Shown: in pieces, positions 36,117-44,540 of the stretch
Position numbering within the stretch: position 1 is the stretch's first letter
Layout: every line of letters starts with the position of its first letter
Source: Bacillota bacterium
Lineage (GTDB): Bacteria; Bacillota; Clostridia; Saccharofermentanales; DTU023
Reading direction: 5' to 3'
Length of the DNA stretch: 54,205 nucleotides
NCBI GenBank assembly: GCA_023388605.1
Contig: JAEWFX010000062.1
Coordinates: 1 to 54,205, forward strand
Notes under the pieces: model-generated
Databases searched by the model: none
Seen by the model: only the letters and a program-made list of their open reading frames with translations
What the model was told of the DNA's origin: nothing
Position numbers and translations under genes: made by a program

Positions 36117-36998
36117 ATGGATTATCAAGTTACTAGACAATTATTAGAACAATATCATCTATATCCTAAACAATCTCTCGGTCAAAACTTTTTGGTCGAT
36201 GAGCGAGCGGCCTATTCTATTGCTTCAGCTTGTATGGATAGTAAACCAGAGGTTGTTTTGGAAATAGGTCCAGGCTTAGGTTCGTTGACTGAACAGCTAT
36301 TGAAATTTACTGCCAGAGTTGTGGCAGTAGAGATCGATAGAATGATGATAGAAGTGCTCGAGGATCGTTTTGCGACAGAGATAGCTGCAGGAAGATTAGA
36401 GTTGATCCACGCTGATGTACGTGATCTCAATTTGGCAGAACATTTGTCGGATGAAGCTAAGATCTCTGTGGCGGCAAACATCCCTTATTATTGTACAGCT
36501 GATATTTTTCAACAATTGCTCTGTCAACTGCCACATGCTCAACAGATTGTTCTGCTAGTTCAACAAGAAGCAGGAGATCGCTTGCTCGCTAATCCCGGTT
36601 TAAAGCTCTACGGTACTAGCTCAGTTTTGACTCATCTTTTCGGCGTCGCTCGTGTATGTTACAAAGTCCCAGCTAATTGTTTTTATCCTCGTCCGAAAGT
36701 TACTTCGTCCGTCCTCGTTTTAACTGCACGTGACCAACATAAATTGCTGAAAACATTACCTGAGCAACGTGCTAGTATGGAGCAGAGATATCTGCTAGAT
36801 CAAGGTTTCTTAGCCTTTTTGAAATTGTCCTTTGCAATGCGCCGCAAAAAATTGCTAAATAATTTGCAGAAAAAATACTCTATTTCTGCGATCAAGACTG
36901 TTTTACGCGATCTGCAACTGTCTGAAGTAGTGAGATCTGAACAAGTTGAACCTGATAAATTCTATCGACTGTATCAAGAGTTGGAGAAAACTATTTAA
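36117..36998 (+). CDS. rsmA: 16S rRNA (adenine1518/1519-N6)-dimethyltransferase
   Basis: KQSLGQNFLVD, EIGPGLGSLT and NIPYY. Confidence 0.9.
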   Translation: MDYQVTRQLLEQYHLYPKQSLGQNFLVDERAAYSIASACMDSKPEVVLEIGPGLGSLTEQLLKFTARVVAVEIDRMMIEVLEDRFATEIAAGRLELIHADVRDLNLAEHLSDEAKISVAANIPYYCTADIFQQLLCQLPHAQQIVLLVQQEAGDRLLANPGLKLYGTSSVLTHLFGVARVCYKVPANCFYPRPKVTSSVLVLTARDQHKLLKTLPEQRASMEQRYLLDQGFLAFLKLSFAMRRKKLLNNLQKKYSISAIKTVLRDLQLSEVVRSEQVEPDKFYRLYQELEKTI

Positions 36999-37015
36999 CC
37001 ATAGTTGGAGGAATT

Positions 37016-37645
37016 ATGGATTTTGAACAGAAAGTATATTTTGAGGCTGACCAAAGCGTAGAAGTTCCTGTGTATGGCTCAGTAGATGCTGCTGGCTGCG
37101 ATGTTAAAGTAGCTGAAGATTGTGTTATTTTGCCTGGTCAGACTGTGATAGTCAAAACCGGCTTTAAGTTGGCTTTGCCTAAGGGAACTGAGCTCCAAGT
37201 TAGACCACGTAGCGGTCTGTCATTGAAAACTGATCTGCGTATCCCTAATTCACCCGGCACAATCGATGCTGACTATCGCCATGAATGCGGCATCATCATG
37301 CAAAATAGTTTTCAACAATCACATCTGATCGATCGTCTGATCGCAGATAGTGATTTGATCAATAAACTGAACGGTGAATATAAACTCGTCAAATTATCTG
37401 ACTATCTATTAGAGCGTGGCACAGCCGCTGAGTTGTTAGAAGTTTTGCCCGAATACTTACGCAATTCAGAGGTATATATCGATCAACAGGGTAATCCCTA
37501 CGGTACGGTCTATCTCAAAAAAGGAGAGCGTATTGCACAATTGGTGCTCAATAGCTTTCATAAAATCGATTTCGTCGCTCATGATGATGTCAGCAGCATT
37601 GGTTCTGATCGTGGTGGCGGCTATGGATCGACGGGTAGATTTTAA
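37016..37645 (+). CDS. dut: dUTP diphosphatase (trimeric dUTPase family) with a large internal insertion
   Basis: Motifs AAGCDV, RPRSGL, GTIDADYRHE, GERIAQLV and C-terminal DRGGGYGSTGRF. It is 209 aa versus roughly 145-150 aa for typical members. Confidence 0.8.
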   Translation: MDFEQKVYFEADQSVEVPVYGSVDAAGCDVKVAEDCVILPGQTVIVKTGFKLALPKGTELQVRPRSGLSLKTDLRIPNSPGTIDADYRHECGIIMQNSFQQSHLIDRLIADSDLINKLNGEYKLVKLSDYLLERGTAAELLEVLPEYLRNSEVYIDQQGNPYGTVYLKKGERIAQLVLNSFHKIDFVAHDDVSSIGSDRGGGYGSTGRF

Positions 37646-37669
37646 GATCCTGCAGTGATTTAGCTTGCC

Positions 37670-38716
37670 TCAAACTCCAGTAACGCTAAGAGGACGATAT
37701 TGTCCCAACTCAAGATTTGCAAAGGCATTGAGATCGCTATCTGCAAAATCGTTTTGTCGAAAATGATAAAAACCTTGGGCTGCGATCATCGCTGCATTAT
37801 CTGTGCAGTAGACCAATTCTGGGATGGTCAGTTCAAGGTTCTTCTCTGCGGCGAGAGAAGAGGCAGCCTGACGCAGATAGGAATTAGCAGAGACACCGCC
37901 AGCGATAGTTATCTGTCGATGTCCAGTCATATCTATAGCTTGGCTGAAGTGCTCTAAGAGAGTATCGATCACAGCGGTTTGAAAGCTGGCTGCGATATCT
38001 TCTAGCGGCAAAGCTTCATTTTTGCTGCGCAAATGATTTATCTGATTGAGTGTAGCTGTCTTCAATCCTGAGAAAGAAAAATCCATACTATCTTCGATAC
38101 GCACATGCGGTAGTTTCAGATAGTCACACCTTCCATTCTGTGCCAGTTTATCGATCAAGGGGCCGCCGGGATAACCTAGACCTAATTGACGAGCGATTTT
38201 GTCGAAGGCTTCACCAGGAGCATCGTCACGTGTGCGAGCTAGTATCTTGAACTCAGTGTAGTCTGTCACTTCCACAATGTGACTGTGAGCACCAGAGATC
38301 ACTATGGCGAGAAAAGGTGGTCTCAATTTTGGATTAGCTAGATAGTTAGCCGCTATGTGGCCTGCTAAGTGATGGACCTTGATCAAGGGCTTAGCCAATG
38401 CAGAAGACAAAGCCTTGGCAGCGGATACTCCGACTAATAGAGAGCCGACTAGCCCCGGACCATAGGTAACGGCTATACCGTCGATATCAGTTAGTGAAAT
38501 TTCAGCTTCAACTAGCGCTTGATCTATGACAGGGATAATCGAAGAAAGATGATTGCGCGAAGCGATTTCAGGTACCACACCTCCGAACTCGCGGTGGATG
38601 TCAGCTGAAGAAGCTATGACATTAGAGAGGGCCTTATGACCGTCAGCAACTATAGCAGCAGCGGTTTCATCGCAGGAAGTTTCAATGCCTAAAATCAACG
38701 TATCTTTTGCTGTCAT
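37670..38716 (-). CDS. tsaD: tRNA N6-adenosine threonylcarbamoyltransferase
   Basis: ILGIETSCDETAAAIV, HHLAGHI and AGGVSAN. I prefer the ATG at 38716 (MTAKDTLILGIE); the ORF-track GTG at 38731 would add 5 residues. Confidence 0.9.
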   Translation of the reverse strand: MTAKDTLILGIETSCDETAAAIVADGHKALSNVIASSADIHREFGGVVPEIASRNHLSSIIPVIDQALVEAEISLTDIDGIAVTYGPGLVGSLLVGVSAAKALSSALAKPLIKVHHLAGHIAANYLANPKLRPPFLAIVISGAHSHIVEVTDYTEFKILARTRDDAPGEAFDKIARQLGLGYPGGPLIDKLAQNGRCDYLKLPHVRIEDSMDFSFSGLKTATLNQINHLRSKNEALPLEDIAASFQTAVIDTLLEHFSQAIDMTGHRQITIAGGVSANSYLRQAASSLAAEKNLELTIPELVYCTDNAAMIAAQGFYHFRQNDFADSDLNAFANLELGQYRPLSVTGV

Positions 38717-38756
38717 GCTGTTATAATACACTAAGACTTTGAACTAGGCAGAGAAT

Positions 38757-39785
38757 ATGTATCAGAATGTATTTGATGATTACAATGTAAAACCCAGGCA
38801 TAGTTTGTTCAAAATACTCGCTGTGATTTTGATTCTAACTTGCATCATTTTCTGTGTGACGGCTTTGTTGCGTATATTCAGCACCGCTAATTCATTGATT
38901 GCCGCTAAACGTGATAGCAACGATGAGCTCGCTAATAATCTATTGCCCACACATGATGCTGTTACTTTTTCTCTGCATCAGGATGCACCAACTCTGAACG
39001 GTCTGTATTTTCGCTCCAAGCAGTGGCCAGCCAAAGCCAATGTAATTTTCATCCCTGATCACCATACTGATCATTTGCAGTATGGTCTGAAAACCGGTGA
39101 AGTTTTCGATTTTTTTATAGAACACGGTTACAATGTCTTCGCTTATGATCCACAAGGAACTGGTAAATCAGAGGGTGATATCTCTACCTATGGCTACAGC
39201 GAATATCAGGATGTGATCGCAGCGATGAGTGCCTGTAAACGTATCAGTGGTTTTACTGATTTTGTTCTATACGGTGTGGGTACAGGAACTAATGCTGCTG
39301 TGTTTGCTTGGGATAATTTACCAGAAGAAGTTTTAGCTGAGGATGATCGTAAAGCAGAATGGGAAAATGTTGATTTTTCTAAGCAAGACATCAAAGCCTT
39401 TATCTGCGATACACCTACATCGACAGTGGCTGAAAGCATACGTGCTGATATTGCTGATGATAATTTCTGGGATAGAGAGATTATCAGACGTTTTGTACCT
39501 CTAGCGATAAGGATCTCAACCGGTACAGGTAATCCCGATAATTTAGTGCAATTATATTCACGTATACAGATGCCTGTCTTTATGATGTATAACGATCCTG
39601 ACAATCATTATGACAATAAAGCGATCAACAGTATAGTCAGTGAACGTCGTCGACTTGTCCCAGCGCTGACAGATGTGTTTACCATTAAGCAGGAGGGTCA
39701 TCTCGAAATTTGGGGGCAAGACAATGAGAAATTGATCAAAAAATTACAGCAATTCATCGATAGATGGATGAGTCAGCCTAAATGA
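38757..39785 (+). CDS. Membrane-anchored alpha/beta-hydrolase-fold protein, with the nucleophile position not Ser
   Basis: N-terminal TM (ILAVILILTCIIFCVTALL), DPQGTGKSEG, nucleophile-elbow position LYGVGTGTNAA, late Asp (YNDPDNHYD) and His (QEGHLEIW). Confidence 0.6.
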   Translation: MYQNVFDDYNVKPRHSLFKILAVILILTCIIFCVTALLRIFSTANSLIAAKRDSNDELANNLLPTHDAVTFSLHQDAPTLNGLYFRSKQWPAKANVIFIPDHHTDHLQYGLKTGEVFDFFIEHGYNVFAYDPQGTGKSEGDISTYGYSEYQDVIAAMSACKRISGFTDFVLYGVGTGTNAAVFAWDNLPEEVLAEDDRKAEWENVDFSKQDIKAFICDTPTSTVAESIRADIADDNFWDREIIRRFVPLAIRISTGTGNPDNLVQLYSRIQMPVFMMYNDPDNHYDNKAINSIVSERRRLVPALTDVFTIKQEGHLEIWGQDNEKLIKKLQQFIDRWMSQPK

Positions 39786-39940
39786 CACAATTATTCACAT
39801 TTCTGATTATGTAGTTACAAAAAAGTTACAAACACAGTACTATTAAGTTGCTATTGTCGATGAAAACCCTATTTATTGACACTATTAACATAGTTATTAA
39901 CTAAATTTTGCAATTTATCCGTGTTGTAAAAAATGTATTA

Positions 39941-39970
39941 TTGCTATGGATATCTGGCATAGACTAAAAT
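39941..39970 (+). promoter_or_regulatory. Candidate promoter for efp
   Basis: TTGCTA, 18 nt spacer, TAAAAT. GGAGG at 39991-39995 precedes the ATG at 40001. Confidence 0.3.
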
Positions 39971-40000
39971 ATTTCGGTAAGAGTTTACTAGGAGGTATAT

Positions 40001-40564
40001 ATGATTAGTGCAGGCGATTTTCGTAATGGCGTGACCTTTGAGATGGATGGTCAGGTCTTCCAGGTAGTTGAGTTTCAACATGTTAAACCTGGAAAAGGTG
40101 CTGCCTTTGTCCGCACCAAGTATCGCAATGTTAAAACAGGAGCTGTTGTCGAACGCAGTTTTTCACCGAATGAGAAGTATCAAGAAGCTCAGCTAGAACG
40201 CAAGGATATGGCTTATCTCTACACCGATGGTGATTTCTACTATTTCATGGACAATGAGACATTTGAGCAATTGCCGATGACTGCTGAGCAAATTGGTGAT
40301 GGTCTAAAATTCCTCAAAGACAATATGGTTTGCCGCGTACTTTCATATAAAGGCGACATATTTGGTATTGAATTACCTTATTTCGTAGAACTCTTAGTAA
40401 CAGAAGCTGAGCCTGGCGTCAAAGGTGATACCGCCCAGAATGCCACCAAAAATGCCACACTCGAAACAGGAGCTGTGTTGCGTGTTCCTCTATTTGTCAA
40501 CACTGGCGATGTCATCCGTGTAGATACTCGTACAGGTGATTACATGGAGCGTGTTAAGGGCTGA
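40001..40564 (+). CDS. efp: Elongation factor P
   Basis: [20 protein letters not shown] (Lys-type loop), three-domain length and strong SD. Confidence 0.95.
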   Translation: MISAGDFRNGVTFEMDGQVFQVVEFQHVKPGKGAAFVRTKYRNVKTGAVVERSFSPNEKYQEAQLERKDMAYLYTDGDFYYFMDNETFEQLPMTAEQIGDGLKFLKDNMVCRVLSYKGDIFGIELPYFVELLVTEAEPGVKGDTAQNATKNATLETGAVLRVPLFVNTGDVIRVDTRTGDYMERVKG

Positions 40565-40956
40565 TGAGTAGTTCTGCAAGCGAGACCTACACTGTTAATT
40601 ACACGATCAAAGGTGATCGCAGCATGAGCAAGAGTTTCATTGCTCAGTACGCTGTAGAGGCGTCTCTCTGTGTTCCTGGTGTAGCCAATATGGATCGCAG
40701 CTTCATCGCCACTCTCAAAGATGTGATCGGTGGAGAACATGTTGGACAGGGAGTGAAGGTCGAATTCGGTGCAGATAATAGTGAAAGAGTAAATATCACT
40801 GTCTATCCCATCGTCTACTATGGACTAGTATTGCCAGAAGTTGCATGGGATATACAGGAAAAAGTAAAAGCTGATGTCGAGAAATTTACCGGTTTAGTTG
40901 TCGATTCAGTCAACGTTCAGATTATGGGAGTAGTTGAGAAGGGTAAACATGAATAA
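40564..40956 (+). CDS. Asp23/Gls24 family envelope stress protein
   Basis: SFIAQYAVEASLCVPGV and the C-terminal VEKFTGLVVDSVNVQI pattern. It shares a TGATG overlap with efp. Confidence 0.8.
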   Translation: MSSSASETYTVNYTIKGDRSMSKSFIAQYAVEASLCVPGVANMDRSFIATLKDVIGGEHVGQGVKVEFGADNSERVNITVYPIVYYGLVLPEVAWDIQEKVKADVEKFTGLVVDSVNVQIMGVVEKGKHE

Positions 40957-41500
40957 AGGCCAACGATTTATATTAGGTTTTTTTACGATTTTTTCTAGCA
41001 TACTCTCCTTGATTTTGATCGCAATTTTGTTGAGTACTAATCTCTTCAACAGTGTGATCGCTTTTTTAGTTGACCTATCCAATCAACCAGTGGCTAAACC
41101 TGTGATCGTCGCTGTACTCCTTATGTTCAGTTTGCTCGGCATCTGGACTTTTGCAGTTAATATTCTAGGACGTCATCTACGTCGTGCCTGCATCAGTGAC
41201 AATAGTATGGGCAGCATCGATATTAGCTCAGATGCTATAGAGAGCATTGCTCTTAATGCTGCTAATGCCTCACAATCAGGTGTCAAAACAGCTAAAGCCC
41301 ATATCACTGCTAACAAGGACGGGAAATTATCAGTCAATCTTGTTGTCATGGCTTATTCTGATGTCGAATTGCCAGCGATGATGAACAAAGTACAAGAACG
41401 TGTCAAAAAGGATATAGAACGCTACACGGGTATCGAAGTCGCCAATGTAGCAGTGAAGGTCTCGCGCGTCGACGTGATCGCCGCTAGAGTTGAGCGATAG
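40949..41500 (+). CDS. amaP: Alkaline shock response membrane anchor protein AmaP-like
   Basis: Two N-terminal TM segments followed by an Asp23-like C-terminal region (IESIALNAANASQSGV...ERYTGIEVANVAVKV). Its position after asp23 is typical. Confidence 0.65.
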   Translation: MNKGQRFILGFFTIFSSILSLILIAILLSTNLFNSVIAFLVDLSNQPVAKPVIVAVLLMFSLLGIWTFAVNILGRHLRRACISDNSMGSIDISSDAIESIALNAANASQSGVKTAKAHITANKDGKLSVNLVVMAYSDVELPAMMNKVQERVKKDIERYTGIEVANVAVKVSRVDVIAARVER

Positions 41501-41504
41501 TAAT

Positions 41505-41753
41505 ATGTCACGCCGTAATCGAGATTATTTCAATAACATTATCGCTAATCTCACCCATGCTAATGCAGGTAGAATAGGTGCTCTATTAGGCTTTGTTTTC
41601 AGCCTATCACTAGTCTTGTTCGGCTTTGTCAAAACTATCTTCATTCTATTAGTAACTTTTTTAGGACATTATCTTGGAGTAAGATATTTCAGTAACCGCG
41701 AAGATTTTCGCAAACTTTTGGATAAAATTTTTCTACCAGGTAAGTTTCGTTAA
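41505..41753 (+). CDS. Small integral membrane protein (DUF2273-like)
   Basis: An ~80-aa protein with two hydrophobic helices (GRIGALLGFVFSLSLVLFGFVKTIFILLVTFLGHYLG), in the conserved asp23-amaP-DUF2273-nusB arrangement. Confidence 0.55.
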   Translation: MSRRNRDYFNNIIANLTHANAGRIGALLGFVFSLSLVLFGFVKTIFILLVTFLGHYLGVRYFSNREDFRKLLDKIFLPGKFR

Positions 41754-41761
41754 TTGTAAGT

Positions 41762-42187
41762 ATGAGTAGTGAACAGCAAAAAGTTAATATGCGTTCTCAG
41801 GTGAGACAACTAGCTCTGCAGTATCTGTATGCCACTGAGATCAATACTAATAATCAAGCTGAATTGCGCAGCCAAATGGTGTTGCAGAATGAATGTCTGG
41901 GTTCGGCTAAGTACTGTCAATTTTTCGACGATATTATCTCGGGAGTGAGTGAGCATGCTCAAGCTCTTGATGATGATATCAGCTCTTACTTGATTAATTG
42001 GAAATTGAATCGTATCGCTATTTTAGAGCGTTTAATTTTACGTATGGCTTTTTGGGAGATCGATTACTATCAGACTCCTACGGGTGTTGCAGCTTCCGAA
42101 GCGATCGCGCTCAGCAAGATCTTTTGCGATGATCAAGCATCTTTTTATATCAATGGAATCTTAGGTAAAAAGATCAAAATAAATTGA
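41762..42187 (+). CDS. nusB: Transcription antitermination factor NusB
   Basis: RQLALQYLYATE and NRIAILERLILRMAFWEI, 141 aa, with synteny before xseA. Confidence 0.85.
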   Translation: MSSEQQKVNMRSQVRQLALQYLYATEINTNNQAELRSQMVLQNECLGSAKYCQFFDDIISGVSEHAQALDDDISSYLINWKLNRIAILERLILRMAFWEIDYYQTPTGVAASEAIALSKIFCDDQASFYINGILGKKIKIN

Positions 42188-42194
42188 GGTGGTC

Positions 42195-43406
42195 ATGGAA
42201 TTAAGTGTTAGCGAAGCTGTTAAATTAGCTCGTAATACTATCGCCAGTCACCCTGATTTATCCCGCATGACAGTTACTGGTGAAGTATCAGGCTTTAAAC
42301 TATATAGCTCAGGTCATGCTTATTTTACTTTGAAAGACGCAGATGCATCAGTATCTTGTGTCATGTTCTCTTCTGTAGTAAATCAATATGAAAAGGTGCC
42401 TAAAAATGGCGATCTAATCAAGGTGCTCTGCAAGGCTGATCTCTATGTTTCCAGAGGGCAATTTCAATTGCAAATTTTTGGTTGGGAACCTGCAGGTGCA
42501 GGTGCCTACTACGAACAGTTTTTGCAATTACATAAATTTTATCAAGACAAGGGTTATTTTGATCCGCAGATTAAGAAGCAGTTACCTGCAATTATCAGAA
42601 GAGTTGGTGTGATAACTTCACCTAAAGGTGCAGTCATCCACGATATTCTGCGTACTTCTAAGCAGATTTTTGATGGAGTTAATATCCTCTTGTATCCAGT
42701 TACTGTACAAGGTGAAACAACGGCAGAAGAAGTTACCGAGGGTATTGAATATTTTAATAAAAAACAAAATGTAGACGTGATCATCGTAGCTCGTGGCGGC
42801 GGAAGCATGGAAGATCTCTGGCCCTTCAATCATCCTGACATCGTAGAAGCAGCATATAAATCTACTTTACCCATAATCAGTGCTGTAGGCCATGAGAGTG
42901 ATTTTCATCTCTTGGATTATGTAGCTGATTTTACTGCTGCAACACCTACGATGGCCGCTGATTTCTGCTGGTCTAATAATGCTTTGCAAGTTGAGGCTAT
43001 CTCAGATTTAGCAAGACGTTTACATCAGTGTGTATTGCAGTTTTTGCGGGTTGAGCAACAGCGCCTCGATTTAATAATCCATCGAAGCATGATTGATGAT
43101 CCCACTGCAGCAATTGATACCAGTCGTAAGCGATTAGAGGACTTAGATTGCAAGTTATCTAAGAATATTCTCAACTTGCTCGAAAGAGAAAAAACAGACT
43201 TAGATCATCTGAAATCTTTGTTGGAGAGCTTGAATCCCAGAGCTATTTTGCGACGTGGTTATGCCACTGTCAGCGACAGCACTGGTAAATTGATACAATC
43301 ATTAAGAGACTGGCAAAAATCTAAAAGTGACGAATTGACTATTGATTGGCATGATGGACGTATTGTGCTGATTGATTATCGAGTAAAGGATGGGAACAAA
43401 AAGTGA
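42195..43406 (+). CDS. xseA: Exodeoxyribonuclease VII large subunit
   Basis: OB-fold VTGEVSGFKLYSSGHAYFTLKD, VGVITSPKGAVIHDI and ARGGGSMEDLWPFN. The alternative start is GTG at 42189. Confidence 0.9.
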   Translation: MELSVSEAVKLARNTIASHPDLSRMTVTGEVSGFKLYSSGHAYFTLKDADASVSCVMFSSVVNQYEKVPKNGDLIKVLCKADLYVSRGQFQLQIFGWEPAGAGAYYEQFLQLHKFYQDKGYFDPQIKKQLPAIIRRVGVITSPKGAVIHDILRTSKQIFDGVNILLYPVTVQGETTAEEVTEGIEYFNKKQNVDVIIVARGGGSMEDLWPFNHPDIVEAAYKSTLPIISAVGHESDFHLLDYVADFTAATPTMAADFCWSNNALQVEAISDLARRLHQCVLQFLRVEQQRLDLIIHRSMIDDPTAAIDTSRKRLEDLDCKLSKNILNLLEREKTDLDHLKSLLESLNPRAILRRGYATVSDSTGKLIQSLRDWQKSKSDELTIDWHDGRIVLIDYRVKDGNKK

Positions 43407-43636
43407 ATAAAAATTTTGAACAACCTGAGTCATATAAAGTAGCTATTGAACGCTTGCAAGAGATTGTAAATAGTTTAGAAGCTGGTGATCAGGACATAGA
43501 GACGGTATCAGATTTGTATCAAGAGGGAAAATTTCTAGCTGATTGGTGTAAACAGCAATTGAAATCAATCGAAGAACAGATCAAGATCGTCGATCCCAGC
43601 AGTGAAAACATTACAGATTTTGAATTGGGAATATAA
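43403..43636 (+). CDS. xseB: Exodeoxyribonuclease VII small subunit
   Basis: A 77-aa helical protein with the ERLQEIVNSLEAGDQDIE pattern. GTG start overlapping the xseA stop. Confidence 0.8.
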   Translation: MNKNFEQPESYKVAIERLQEIVNSLEAGDQDIETVSDLYQEGKFLADWCKQQLKSIEEQIKIVDPSSENITDFELGI

Positions 43637-44532
43637 TGAGTGATTTTCTGACGCTACAAAAAACCATTGAGTCAGAACTGCAGACAGTCCTAGCTGACTC
43701 TGATAATGTCGCTGTTAAATCAGCAAATTATTGTCTATTGATCGGCGGTAAGCGTCTGCGTCCAGTATTGATGTTGTCGGTAGCTGAGATGTTAGCGGTA
43801 GAACAAGCAGCTGTCATGCCCTTTGCCTTAGCTTTGGAGATGATCCATACATTTTCACTTATCCACGATGATCTGCCAGCCATTGATAATGACGATCTAC
43901 GGAGAGGCAATCCTACAAGCCATATCGTTTTCGGCGAAGCTCAAGCTATCTTAGGCGGTGATCTCTTACACAATTTTGCTTTTGAGTATATTACTGGCGC
44001 ATTGATGTCTAAGCCATTCACTGATGATAATCGATTGCTGTTTGCAGGAGTAGAAGCCCTGGCGTATCTCGCCCGTAAAAGCGGAAGTGAAGGGATGATT
44101 GTAGGCGAGAGCTTAGATGTCTCTACAGAGGGGGTCAAGAATAGTCAGGAGCTTTTGGACGAGATTCAGATATATAAAACTGGAGCCTTATTGGAAGTCG
44201 CTCTATGTCTACCTTTGATACTAGCTGGTATCGAAGATCACCGCGCCGAGTTGCTCAAAAAATATGCTGGTGTGATCGGACGTGCGTTTCAAATTAAAGA
44301 CGATATTTTAGATGAAACAGCGGATATAGAAGTTTTAGGAAAAAGTATTGGTAAGGATAAAAGAGACAATAAATTCACTTATGTGACTCTGTTAGGTTTG
44401 GATGGTGCCAAGCGAGCTCTTGCAGATTTGAAGCAACAAGCTGATAAGTATTTATCAGAACTCGAATTGGCAGGGCTGGATTGTCATAACTTATTTGAGT
44501 TAAATGAATTTTTGTACTTGAGAAATTATTAA
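43636..44532 (+). CDS. ispA: Polyprenyl (farnesyl/geranylgeranyl) diphosphate synthase
   Basis: First Asp-rich motif LIHDDLPAIDNDDLRRG and second motif FQIKDDILD. Confidence 0.9.
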   Translation: MSDFLTLQKTIESELQTVLADSDNVAVKSANYCLLIGGKRLRPVLMLSVAEMLAVEQAAVMPFALALEMIHTFSLIHDDLPAIDNDDLRRGNPTSHIVFGEAQAILGGDLLHNFAFEYITGALMSKPFTDDNRLLFAGVEALAYLARKSGSEGMIVGESLDVSTEGVKNSQELLDEIQIYKTGALLEVALCLPLILAGIEDHRAELLKKYAGVIGRAFQIKDDILDETADIEVLGKSIGKDKRDNKFTYVTLLGLDGAKRALADLKQQADKYLSELELAGLDCHNLFELNEFLYLRNY

Positions 44533-44540
44533 GGTGTATT

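Noticed and set aside
39791-39799. TTATTCACA, a one-mismatch DnaA box (consensus TTATCCACA), in the AT-rich spacer before efp. Weaker matches occur at 39913-39921 (TTATCCGTG) and near 39944-39952 (TATGGATAT, reverse orientation).
   Set aside because: There is only a single near-consensus box, no cluster, and no dnaA/dnaN or other origin-linked genes nearby. One such match in AT-rich DNA is expected by chance.
39860-39962. Two mini-ORFs upstream of efp: MKTLFIDTINIVIN (39860-39904) and the Tyr-rich MYYCYGYLA (39933-39962). I considered them as possible leader peptides.
   Set aside because: Neither has an SD, there is no attenuator-like alternative hairpin, and the second overlaps the best promoter candidate.
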